From positions 1-64,000 of IMG/VR virus record IMGVR_UViG_3300042868_011620: a stretch of 64,000 bases of DNA; one strand, written 5' to 3'. The notes below the pieces were generated by a model, which saw only the letters and a list, made by a program, of their open reading frames with translations, searched no databases and was not told where the DNA came from. Within the stretch, counting starts at the first letter, position 1. Each line of letters begins with the position of its first letter. The stretch comes from a virus. A program made the position numbers and the translations under genes. Shown here piece by piece: positions 37,645 to 47,218 of this stretch.

Positions 37645-40600
37645 TTACATTCCTCTTCTTAATTGACCTCCAAGGCGTTTTTCCTCTTGAATAACTTTTA
37701 AAACAGCATCTCTAATTTGACGCGAGAGTTGCTGGCCCGATTGTTGAGTTTGTCCAGTTGAAGCTTCTGAGCTTTTACCAGTAGATCCATCCACATTGAT
37801 TGTGATTGAGCCTGTTGATTTTTCAGTTGTGCCAATGAGTTCATCAAATTTAGAAATTAATTTATCATTTAAATCTCTAGAAGCTTTTTCGTCAACTGGT
37901 TTAGAAGCTCCAGCATTCATAGCTTGCAAGTTTCCTGTTCCAATGTTTTCAGCAGCAGCTTTGTTCATGATAAACTCGCCGCCAGAAAGCATTGTTGGGA
38001 TTGTGTCTATTCCTGCCGTTTGAGAAATTGATCCTCCAGTAGCTCTCTTTGCTGGAGTATATTTTTCAAGAAAACCTGGTGGAAATAATCCTCCATCATC
38101 AAATCCTCCTCCATATGGAAGAGCTAATCCATTTGCATTGGATTGATTTGAATTGATATTGTTACCAGCATTAACTTTTTGAGATTCTTGAATTGGTCCT
38201 ATAAAATCTTTGCCATAAGTTGATTGAATGTATTTAGAAGCATCAGTAATGCCACCTCTCTTTGAAAACATATTAAGGATTCCGCCATAATTATTTCCTT
38301 GTAATCCATCTACTCCTCCTCCCGTCACCATTCCTCCGAGTCCTGACATTGCATTTTTTGCAAATGTTCCGCCTGCAAGTTTTGATGTTGAGAAAGCATT
38401 TTTGAATCCACTCATTGCGCCACCCACTAATGCTGATCCAGCTATAGAAACTCCTGCCATAATCAAAGCATTTTTAAAAGCTTTTTTTCTAGCTTTCTTT
38501 TCTTCCTCTTCTTGTTTCTTAAGCTCAGCAGCTTTTCTCATTTCGTCAATATAAATGCCAAACATTTGCTTTCTAACATCTTTAGCTCTTTGAGCTTGCG
38601 GACTATTTCTTCTTCCAAAATTAGTTAATCTCACACTTTCTGGCTCTAAAGAGACTGATGCAAATCCATTTCCAGAACTAATTTTATCTTTGCTTCCGCT
38701 AGTATATTCTTGAGTTGCAAAAGCTAATAAATCATCATCAGTAGTCATTTGTTTCACTCCATAAGTTCCAGGAGTAAAATAATCTTTTACTTTTCCGCCT
38801 TTGGCGTATCCGTCTAAACTTCCAGAGTTGATAGCTTCTAAAAACGCTGGTCCATATTTATTAACTGATTTTTTATTAATAACATACTCACCGCCCATGA
38901 GCATTGCTGGAACGTCATCCTTGCTTCCGCTTCCTCCACGAATGTACCCTCCAGCAGCCGCACCCTGCGGAGCGCCAAAGCCTGGAAGAAAATTCCCCAA
39001 ACCTTGCGTAAATAAATCAGCCATATTAGAAATAGACTTGCTAGATATAGCTTTTAAAAAGCTAGTAGCAGCATCCATTAAAGACTCTTTTAATGATTTG
39101 GTTCCATCAAGAGCGCCTTCAATTGCAGATGCTAGACCATTAGAAAACAATTGAGGAATTTCTGTGCCAAATTTATATTGGAAATTGTTGGTTTGTTTAT
39201 TTAATTCTATAAATCCGCTACTTAATCCAGATTTGAAAGTTCCTTCTTGTTTATTTTTTTCTAACTCATCTTGAGTCTTACGTTCTTTATTTTGAGCTTT
39301 TATTTTTGCATTAGAAGCTTGTATTCTAGAGACTTGTTCAGTTAAATTTGTGGCATACTGAGTAATTTGATCTTGACTTCCATCTATAGTCTGTGCGATT
39401 GCATTAATCGCATCTGATAATTGAGAAGAGTCTAAAGTTTGATTTGCAAGTTTGTTTACAAGATCATTTGCCCTTGCAATAATTGCATCTGAGCTATTCA
39501 CATCTTTATATGCATTAACGCCATACGCTCCTAATGAACTATTAGGAGTTAGATTATTACTATTAGATATATTTTCTTGAGTTGGCGCTGAAACTGCAAG
39601 CCCATTAGTCTTCGTCGCTCTCTCTCCTCTCATTACTGCCCAGTATTTTGATAATCCTTGATATCCATCATTTTTATTTCCTCCAGCAATTGCCCCGCCA
39701 CTCTCCTCAATCATTTGTTTCATGATTTCAGCGGCAATCATTGCATTTTGTTGAGGATCTAATAAGTCTTCTTGCGTAATACTTGGTTTATTATTTTTTT
39801 CTCTCCATTTATTTACTGATTCAGTAGACATCTGAAATAAGCCAGTGCTTATAACATTTTTCCCTTGGTTGTCTTTAATTTTCTTTTCTTCGTATGTTTT
39901 TTTTGGATCAAACCCACTTTCTTCAGAAGCTATATTAGTTAAAAGTTTTTTCCAATCGCCTGGACCTGGAACATCTTTCCCAAAAAATTGTTGAGATTGC
40001 TCTTTATTAACTACCGTTGATTGTATACCAGAATATAGTACAGCTTTACTTATAGCCGCATCTATATTAGATGGAGTATTTGGAATATTACTTGAATTAA
40101 CCTGATTAGAAATCAATTGTGGATCTACAGGAGTAGAATCTTTTATCTGTTGTATTTGCTGTTGCAATTGATCGATTAATTTTCCTAATGTGTCTGTATT
40201 AGCATTTAAAGCAGAGATATTATCTTGCGTTAATAATTTTTTAGCTAAATCAATTGAAGCTTGACGATCTTCAATTTCTCTTTCTAATTGCACTCTTCTA
40301 TCAAAGGACTCTTTTTCAATTTGTTGTGTTTTTTCAATTCTGCCAGCTTCTGTTCTGATGCCTGAAAATGTATTAGGATTTGATAAAACATCATTTTTTC
40401 TCATTTCATCTATTTTGATAGATGATTCGGCAGCTATGTTTTGAATGCTTCTAGAGTTTAAAATTGTGTCTAATGAATTTGAATATTTCTGAAAATCTCT
40501 GTTAATTTGCTCAGTTGCTTTTTGTCTTTGTAAATCAATTAATAAAATTTCTTTATTTTTTAATGTTGTAGTTGAGAGATCTTTATTTGCATCTTTTATT

Positions 40601-43600
40601 GACTCCCCAATTTTGATAAATGACAAAGATAAAGCCTTTGCTGCTTCTTGAGAGTCATCTCCTTCAACTCCTAATTGTTTAAGAATATTTAAGCTTTGAG
40701 CTAATACTGATTGTGTATCAGTAGCTCCAGCTATATCTGTAAATAAATTAGGATTATTTTTTAATAAACTTGGTATGCCCTGAGTAATTGATTGCTTAGC
40801 TGGTGCGGTAACGCCTGTACCACTAAATCCTTCTTCTAGTAATGATTTCGCAGAAGTTAAAACGCTTAATTCTTGCGCAACTAAACCTGCTCTTTCTTCA
40901 TATTTTAAATTTATTAAACTTTCAATTTTTGATCTATCTTCGGCTGATACTGTTAAGCTATTAGACAAGGCTGAGAGTTCTCTTTGTTTTGCAATCTCAG
41001 CATTTGCGGAAATTTGAGCAAAGCTAGCTATTTTATTTTTATAGATAGACTCTGCTCCTAGCTCTCTAACATATTTTTCGAGAGCAATGTTTCTTGTTTC
41101 AACTGCCTCTTTCTCTTCTCTGCTTGTTGCTTGCAATTGCTCGCGAGTTTTCTTAACTATATTAATAGCAAAAGTTTTACCTATGCCTTGATCTTTAATT
41201 AAATCTGATATTAAATTTTCAGATTCTATAATCTTAGTTAATTCTCCAACGCTTTTACCAGCAATTAATGATTTTACTTTTATAGGATCATTTGTACTTT
41301 TATTGAGTAAAGATTCTACTTTTTTACCAATAAAATCTGAATTAATCGCTGTATAGTCTGGAGTTGCGGCTGCGGCTGCGGCTGCTTCGTTTTTTAGCTG
41401 TAATTCACTTTTCTTAGATGGGGTGCTCTCCCTATACATTCCACCCTTACCACCCATCATACCGTCTGTTAGTTGAACGGGCTTTAACTGAACTTCTCTG
41501 ATGGATGATTTTAAAAAGTCATCCATTTCTTGTTTTGTAACAGATCCAGCCTGTAACATTTCAAAAGCTTTAATAAGCTGCTCTTTCATTGGATCATCAA
41601 TAGATAGCCCAGCTCTCATTGACGTTTTCTCTCCACTTGCACTCTCAAATTGATAAGTCCCTTTTGTTAATTGAGCTACATATTCTTCCGCCTGTTTTTT
41701 AATAGAAGTTTGTTCCGTTGGATTATAATCTTGAAGATTAGCCGCAGCATTTTTTGCAGCATCAGCCAAAGAATTAGCAGCTTTTGCAGCCCTTTCATTT
41801 GCTCCAGAAAACTCGTAATATAGTTCTTTACCGCCTTTAAATACTTCGTATGCAATACCCAAAGCAGCTCCAACTTGTCCTAGTTTACCAAAAGCAGCTG
41901 TTAATTTATTACTAGATGATGCAATGCTAGAAAATCCACTCATTGCAAAAGCGGCAGTGCTCACATTAGATAAAGAATCAGCTACTATACTGGTATATTT
42001 TCCAATTTGAGAAGCGCTATCTTTAAAAGCGCCACTTAATAAAGATAATCCTCCTTGAACTGCAAAAATTGTGCCAAGCATTTTTTCACTAGACATTCCA
42101 GATTTTGGAGGTTCTGGTGGAGCTGCATTTATTTGAGCATTTGGTCTAGCTGGAGTTGGAAGTGGAAGTTTAGCGGGAGCGGCAGCAGCAGCGGGAGCCG
42201 AAGCAGACATCGCTTTTGTAACAGCAGCAGCAATTGATGCGGCAATTGCATTTGTTGCAGCAGTCACCGCTGCTGATTGATTTACTGGCGGTTGAGTATT
42301 AGAGGTGGAGTTTCCTGGTGTTTGAAATGACCCCATGGTAGCATAGTTTGGCACGAATCCATTAGCAGCACCATAAGTCATTGGATTGGCTCCCTCTTTA
42401 CGCGCTCTAGCAATGCCCTGAGAGCCTCCCATTGGTTCGTCAATACGATTAGCCACCATGAGTCCATTGGGATTCATGGCATTCTTTAATGATGCGTTCT
42501 GATCAATGTAAATTTGAGAAGCTGGAACGCCAGCACTCATTTCTCTTCCAATAGCAGCTTGAACTGGATCAGCAAAGTTTGGCAAAAATCCTTTAGCTCC
42601 AGATTTAGTAGTAGCTTTAACAAGAAGTTTAGCTAATTTATCTTGAAGAGTTTTGCTAACTTTTAAACCATAACTCTCAGCACTTTGAACAAACTTTACT
42701 GCATTTGGGCCAGCAAAAGATGCTGAATACATTGCGCTATCTTTAATGGTTTTAAAGATGCCCTCAGTCTCTAATCCATGACCAGCATCTCCTAAAACTA
42801 AATCTGCAAAAAATTTCTCTGGAAGAACCTTGAATAAATTACCAATGGTGCCAGTGGCGCTTCTATATTTTTGAGCTTTGGCGGATCTTTCTCTCTGTCT
42901 TCTTGCGTACTCTGGATCTTTTCCTAGTGCTACTGTAGTGTTTGCAAAGTTTGGAATGAATCCTCTAGCAGATCTTTCAGTAGTATTTCCTTTGGCAGCT
43001 TCTTTTAAACGAAAGGCGCTAATTTTTTGAGCCATGCTGCTTAAATTTGGATCGCTTAAATCATTTTTAAAATCAGCAGCTAGCATCTCTGGATTTATAT
43101 TGCCAGCGATAGAAGCTTTTAATATTCCGCCTCTTTCCATAGACCCAACAAATGAATTTAACTTGGTTCTACTTGGCAAATCAAATGTTTGACCAATATT
43201 TGGCGGCACTTCCATAGCCGACTGAAATACGCTTTCAAAAACTGTTCCAAAAGCAGCTTCAATAGTTCCAGGATTTAAATTACTTTTTATTCCTGCTGCA
43301 AATCTCTCTTCTTGTATGATATCAGGATTAAATCCTAAATTTTTAGCATAGTTCATTCCAGCATTAATAATTCCCTTTTCAACTTCAGGGTACAAGTCAT
43401 CTGATGGTTTTCCAATAATTGGAATACCCTTTACAACTTCTCTTTGATTTCCAACTAAAAATGATGAGACTTTTCCTTTTGAATTTGATGGATAAATCAT
43501 TCCAAATTCAGCTACAGCCCCAGTTGTATCTGCGCGTCTTGCAGTTACACCCTCTTGTTTATTAGATTTATAATCGTCTCTAATTTGAATAGCATTTTGT

Positions 43601-46203
43601 GCTATATGAAGATCAAGTGCTTTTGATATTTCAATAGCTTTTGTTTTATTAGGACTAGTTCCACTTTGTGCGCTAGCAGTTTTTATAAAATCAAATGTTT
43701 TACCATTTTTCAATGGGCTATCCCAAGCATTATAAGCAGCTTCTCTTTGGCTAATTGCAAAATTTGGAATAAAACCGTTAGCAGAAATGGGAATTTTAGT
43801 TCCAATTTGTTCTCTAGGAATATTTTTATATTTTTCAATGATCCGCCTAGCTTCACCAAATAATGAATTATGACTTATTCCAGTATTGCGATTTATTTCT
43901 GCTTTTTTATTTTTTTCTAATCTTTGATCATATTCTTTAGAAGAAGTACTTGGTAAAACTAAACGATTCCCTTTACCACCCATAAGTTCTGGAATTCCAA
44001 AACTAGGATCTTCATACGCTGCTTTTCCTGATAATTTAGCTTCTGCTATTTTGAAATTTCCTTTTTTAATATCCGCTTCTTGTTTGTTTTCTTGTATATC
44101 AATATACTTTAACCCCTGAAGGCGAGACTCAAATATTCTTCCAGCTAAAACATATGGAGCTGTTTTTTGATCTCCATTTTTCTCTGATTCAGATTCTACA
44201 ATATATCTATCAAAATTATATTTAAGATCTTTCCCCTGCAAACCTCCGATTCCAAATAACTGCTTATTTTTAGTATTTATATTTTCAATAGCTTTTTTAG
44301 CATAATTTGGTATAAAACCTTCGGCAGAATTAATTTTTTGCGCCCCACTAGGCATTCCCATTTTTCTCACCATGTCTCTATTAAAGATGGCGCTTCCGCT
44401 GCCTCCATTAAAGTTTGGAACAATGTGCTCACCAGAGTTTGCCACCATGGTTCCGCGTTTTCCGCCACCAAAGTTGAAATTTGGAATGACTACTGGCTTA
44501 TCTGAAGCTTTAGCTCCACCCACTCCACGTTTCACGCTAGAAGCTTCCTCTGCAACTGCTGGCATATATCCATCAGCAGCTTTTGGCACGCGCAAGCCTT
44601 GTCCTGTTGATCTAACGCCACTGCCGTATAAACCAGGAGCAATTGCAGCAGATGTGCTAGCAATTCTTCTAAGCATAGCCTCCTGATTAATAATCTCAGC
44701 GCTAATAATTTTTAATTGAGCTGCGCGATTTCCCTCAAGACCCAACAATCTCTGTTGTAAAGAAACATTTGTAGACAGTGCTTGAGCAACAGACTTTTCA
44801 ACATCTGCAATTTGTTTAGCAGCTTGACCAATGCCAAAAAAACTTTTTAAACTAGAAAATCCAAACTGAACAAGATCCCTGGACAACTTGAGAATGATAG
44901 CTCCAAACAGTGCTAGTCCTGGCCCAGAGATTACTGCTCCAATTCCTTTAGCGAGTCCTTTAAAAAATGTGCCAACAGCACTATCTTCTCTTAATAAATT
45001 TTGAACACTATCCAAAAGACCACCAAAGAAATTAAGAATATTTTTTAAATTATCAGTAACGCCAAGTTCGCCAAGAGTCGCGCCAAGTTGCTGAGCACTA
45101 ATAAGTGTTTTATTAATGATAGCTTCTAAAGTTTGATTTAAAGCTGCGTTTTTCTTATAAGCCTCGTCACTCACTTTAGCTGAGACTTCAATTGCTTTTC
45201 TATAAACTGACTGAGCGCTAGATAAATCTTGCACAGCAGCTAATAAATTGTTTAATTGATAAATTCCGCCTAATTTTTGAGAAATATCAGACTGATCTAA
45301 TGCAGAAAAAGATTCAAATTGTGCTGCTAAATTTTCTAATAATTTAGATGCTGGTAATAGTTTTCCTTGCAAGTCTGTAACTTGAATTCCAATATCTTTT
45401 AAATATGAAATTGTGCTAGTATTTTGAAGTCCTGCAAAAATCGTTTTGAATGACTGACCAATGACTGCGCCACCTCTAGAAGTCTTTTCTTGAACAGCAG
45501 TAATTAAACCAGCAAGTTCATCAAAAGAAACTCCAGCTTGTTTAGCAGTAGAGCCAGATCTCTTGATACCTTCAATAAGATCTCGCTCAGAAACAGCGTA
45601 TTCCTGAGAAACTGCAACAAGTTTATTTAAAATTTGAGCAGTTGTTATTCCAGTTTCTTTAAAAGAGTTGAATGCTGCTGTTAAACCAGAAACAGCATCT
45701 TCTGAACTCAAACCAGATAGTCTAGTTAAAATAAGAGCGTCGCTCAAGCGCTTTAAAACTTCTTCAGCTCCTAATCCTTGGCGAGATAACTCTAATGCTC
45801 CATTAGCAACATCCTTAAAGGTTTGAGATGTATTTTTAGCAATATTAAATAATCCATCTCCAAATTTTTGAAGTCCAGCGCCACTTTCATTTAAAGCAGT
45901 GTTAATACTAGCTAAAGAACTTTCAACTTCAATTGTATTTTGAACAACGCTCTTAAGAGCTTGACTAACGCTATTAATAATTCCAACAGATGCTCCGAAT
46001 GCAAAGACGCGAGCATTCGCAGCTTCCATTGATTTTGTGAATTGATCAGCTTGACCAGTGATTCTTCCCAGCGGTTGAGATAGCGAAGAGATTTGTTTGG
46101 CGCTAGTGCCCAAATTAATTACAGCACTTTTACCAGCGCTTTTCATTGCTGCTTGGATGCTTGCTTCTAAACCTGTTTGTACTACTGGAAGTTGTAATGC
46201 CAT
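37645..46203 (-). CDS. Tape measure protein with inserted cassettes and a lytic transglycosylase domain
   Basis: TP901-type TMP core (A...ELSRQG, GVSFDEL, RGGAVIGQSFKTIF), long helical regions, SLT motifs EESGFDP/STGLFQM/LLDP, repeated GFIPNFA motifs. Confidence 0.9.
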   Translation of the reverse strand: MALQLPVVQTGLEASIQAAMKSAGKSAVINLGTSAKQISSLSQPLGRITGQADQFTKSMEAANARVFAFGASVGIINSVSQALKSVVQNTIEVESSLASINTALNESGAGLQKFGDGLFNIAKNTSQTFKDVANGALELSRQGLGAEEVLKRLSDALILTRLSGLSSEDAVSGLTAAFNSFKETGITTAQILNKLVAVSQEYAVSERDLIEGIKRSGSTAKQAGVSFDELAGLITAVQEKTSRGGAVIGQSFKTIFAGLQNTSTISYLKDIGIQVTDLQGKLLPASKLLENLAAQFESFSALDQSDISQKLGGIYQLNNLLAAVQDLSSAQSVYRKAIEVSAKVSDEAYKKNAALNQTLEAIINKTLISAQQLGATLGELGVTDNLKNILNFFGGLLDSVQNLLREDSAVGTFFKGLAKGIGAVISGPGLALFGAIILKLSRDLVQFGFSSLKSFFGIGQAAKQIADVEKSVAQALSTNVSLQQRLLGLEGNRAAQLKIISAEIINQEAMLRRIASTSAAIAPGLYGSGVRSTGQGLRVPKAADGYMPAVAEEASSVKRGVGGAKASDKPVVIPNFNFGGGKRGTMVANSGEHIVPNFNGGSGSAIFNRDMVRKMGMPSGAQKINSAEGFIPNYAKKAIENINTKNKQLFGIGGLQGKDLKYNFDRYIVESESEKNGDQKTAPYVLAGRIFESRLQGLKYIDIQENKQEADIKKGNFKIAEAKLSGKAAYEDPSFGIPELMGGKGNRLVLPSTSSKEYDQRLEKNKKAEINRNTGISHNSLFGEARRIIEKYKNIPREQIGTKIPISANGFIPNFAISQREAAYNAWDSPLKNGKTFDFIKTASAQSGTSPNKTKAIEISKALDLHIAQNAIQIRDDYKSNKQEGVTARRADTTGAVAEFGMIYPSNSKGKVSSFLVGNQREVVKGIPIIGKPSDDLYPEVEKGIINAGMNYAKNLGFNPDIIQEERFAAGIKSNLNPGTIEAAFGTVFESVFQSAMEVPPNIGQTFDLPSRTKLNSFVGSMERGGILKASIAGNINPEMLAADFKNDLSDPNLSSMAQKISAFRLKEAAKGNTTERSARGFIPNFANTTVALGKDPEYARRQRERSAKAQKYRSATGTIGNLFKVLPEKFFADLVLGDAGHGLETEGIFKTIKDSAMYSASFAGPNAVKFVQSAESYGLKVSKTLQDKLAKLLVKATTKSGAKGFLPNFADPVQAAIGREMSAGVPASQIYIDQNASLKNAMNPNGLMVANRIDEPMGGSQGIARARKEGANPMTYGAANGFVPNYATMGSFQTPGNSTSNTQPPVNQSAAVTAATNAIAASIAAAVTKAMSASAPAAAAAPAKLPLPTPARPNAQINAAPPEPPKSGMSSEKMLGTIFAVQGGLSLLSGAFKDSASQIGKYTSIVADSLSNVSTAAFAMSGFSSIASSSNKLTAAFGKLGQVGAALGIAYEVFKGGKELYYEFSGANERAAKAANSLADAAKNAAANLQDYNPTEQTSIKKQAEEYVAQLTKGTYQFESASGEKTSMRAGLSIDDPMKEQLIKAFEMLQAGSVTKQEMDDFLKSSIREVQLKPVQLTDGMMGGKGGMYRESTPSKKSELQLKNEAAAAAAATPDYTAINSDFIGKKVESLLNKSTNDPIKVKSLIAGKSVGELTKIIESENLISDLIKDQGIGKTFAINIVKKTREQLQATSREEKEAVETRNIALEKYVRELGAESIYKNKIASFAQISANAEIAKQRELSALSNSLTVSAEDRSKIESLINLKYEERAGLVAQELSVLTSAKSLLEEGFSGTGVTAPAKQSITQGIPSLLKNNPNLFTDIAGATDTQSVLAQSLNILKQLGVEGDDSQEAAKALSLSFIKIGESIKDANKDLSTTTLKNKEILLIDLQRQKATEQINRDFQKYSNSLDTILNSRSIQNIAAESSIKIDEMRKNDVLSNPNTFSGIRTEAGRIEKTQQIEKESFDRRVQLEREIEDRQASIDLAKKLLTQDNISALNANTDTLGKLIDQLQQQIQQIKDSTPVDPQLISNQVNSSNIPNTPSNIDAAISKAVLYSGIQSTVVNKEQSQQFFGKDVPGPGDWKKLLTNIASEESGFDPKKTYEEKKIKDNQGKNVISTGLFQMSTESVNKWREKNNKPSITQEDLLDPQQNAMIAAEIMKQMIEESGGAIAGGNKNDGYQGLSKYWAVMRGERATKTNGLAVSAPTQENISNSNNLTPNSSLGAYGVNAYKDVNSSDAIIARANDLVNKLANQTLDSSQLSDAINAIAQTIDGSQDQITQYATNLTEQVSRIQASNAKIKAQNKERKTQDELEKNKQEGTFKSGLSSGFIELNKQTNNFQYKFGTEIPQLFSNGLASAIEGALDGTKSLKESLMDAATSFLKAISSKSISNMADLFTQGLGNFLPGFGAPQGAAAGGYIRGGSGSKDDVPAMLMGGEYVINKKSVNKYGPAFLEAINSGSLDGYAKGGKVKDYFTPGTYGVKQMTTDDDLLAFATQEYTSGSKDKISSGNGFASVSLEPESVRLTNFGRRNSPQAQRAKDVRKQMFGIYIDEMRKAAELKKQEEEEKKARKKAFKNALIMAGVSIAGSALVGGAMSGFKNAFSTSKLAGGTFAKNAMSGLGGMVTGGGVDGLQGNNYGGILNMFSKRGGITDASKYIQSTYGKDFIGPIQESQKVNAGNNINSNQSNANGLALPYGGGFDDGGLFPPGFLEKYTPAKRATGGSISQTAGIDTIPTMLSGGEFIMNKAAAENIGTGNLQAMNAGASKPVDEKASRDLNDKLISKFDELIGTTEKSTGSITINVDGSTGKSSEASTGQTQQSGQQLSRQIRDAVLKVIQEEKRLGGQLRRGM
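42340..44580 (-). repeat. Repeated peptide motif [SAG]AxG[FY][ILV]PN[FY]A in the tape measure
   Basis: SAEGFIPNYA 44299-44328, SANGFIPNFA 43756-43785, SARGFIPNFA 42943-42972, GAKGFLPNFA 42571-42600, AANGFVPNYA 42340-42369; partial AADGYMP 44560-44580. Confidence 0.9.
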
Positions 46204-46240
46204 TGTCCTTGCTCCTTTAAGAACTTTACACTAAAAAATC

Positions 46241-47218
46241 CTAACCATCCATCAATTTCATCATTTGTTCCATATTAAGACTTCCGCCATTTTGCCTAAC
46301 AGCATCTTCTAAAGAAATAGTTCGAGCATTAGGATCTATTTGCTTCAAATCTTCTTTTGTAGCTCCAAAAACTACTGTTGATTCAGAGTCCCTAGACTGT
46401 CTTTGAGATGACTGCTTGCCAGTCTTTTTGCTTTCAGAGAATCTTAAAATTGCAGATGGATCTTTTTTAATATTGTCTGGAAGATCTTCGTTATATTGAA
46501 ATATATTAAAAAATACTCTAGCATACAAAGCTAGTTTTAATTGAAAGATTGATAATTGAATAATTGGCTTACCATAAAATGCTGACAAGTGCTCTGTTTG
46601 AGAAAGATACATGTTAAAGAAATCTCTCAAAACACAATGTTGAATATTGTCTTCGCTCAGTCTAGCATTAGAAGTTGAATAAATTTTAACTAAATAATTT
46701 ATATTATAATCTTCCAAATCGTCAAACTCTTCTTGCGAAAATAAATGTTCCTTGAGAGTTTCGTCTTTGAATAAAATATATCTTATAAACTCTTCATTTG
46801 TTCTGGTAGAAGCGTAAGACTCTGCTGTATTACCAGAAATTTCTTTTTTAGCGGACAGCAATTTGCTTAATTCATAATTCTTCTCAAGAATAGTTTTATT
46901 AAAATTACTTTTTTGAGATGGTAAGTAAGCTGCTTTTTGAGACTCTTTTAATTTAGTAATTTCAAACTCTAAATTAGCAATATTTAAATCATCAGAGTCG
47001 CTCCACAAGTCGTCATTTTTTAGTCTAACTAAAATTTCTTTTTCACTTGGTATTCCCTTTTGTAAAGCAATGTTTTTATATTTATCATAATAGCGATGAA
47101 TATATCTCTGATCTCTAATTGAGAAATGCTTCAAGTACGCTGGTCTTCCAGCGTACTCGAATTCTGTATAGCCATCAAATATTTCTCCAACTATAGAAAT
47201 ATACTCTTCTTCGCTCAC
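46241..47218 (-). CDS. Putative tail assembly chaperone
   Basis: Directly upstream of the tape measure; GTG start overlapping the previous stop. Confidence 0.5.
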   Translation of the reverse strand: MSEEEYISIVGEIFDGYTEFEYAGRPAYLKHFSIRDQRYIHRYYDKYKNIALQKGIPSEKEILVRLKNDDLWSDSDDLNIANLEFEITKLKESQKAAYLPSQKSNFNKTILEKNYELSKLLSAKKEISGNTAESYASTRTNEEFIRYILFKDETLKEHLFSQEEFDDLEDYNINYLVKIYSTSNARLSEDNIQHCVLRDFFNMYLSQTEHLSAFYGKPIIQLSIFQLKLALYARVFFNIFQYNEDLPDNIKKDPSAILRFSESKKTGKQSSQRQSRDSESTVVFGATKEDLKQIDPNARTISLEDAVRQNGGSLNMEQMMKLMDG

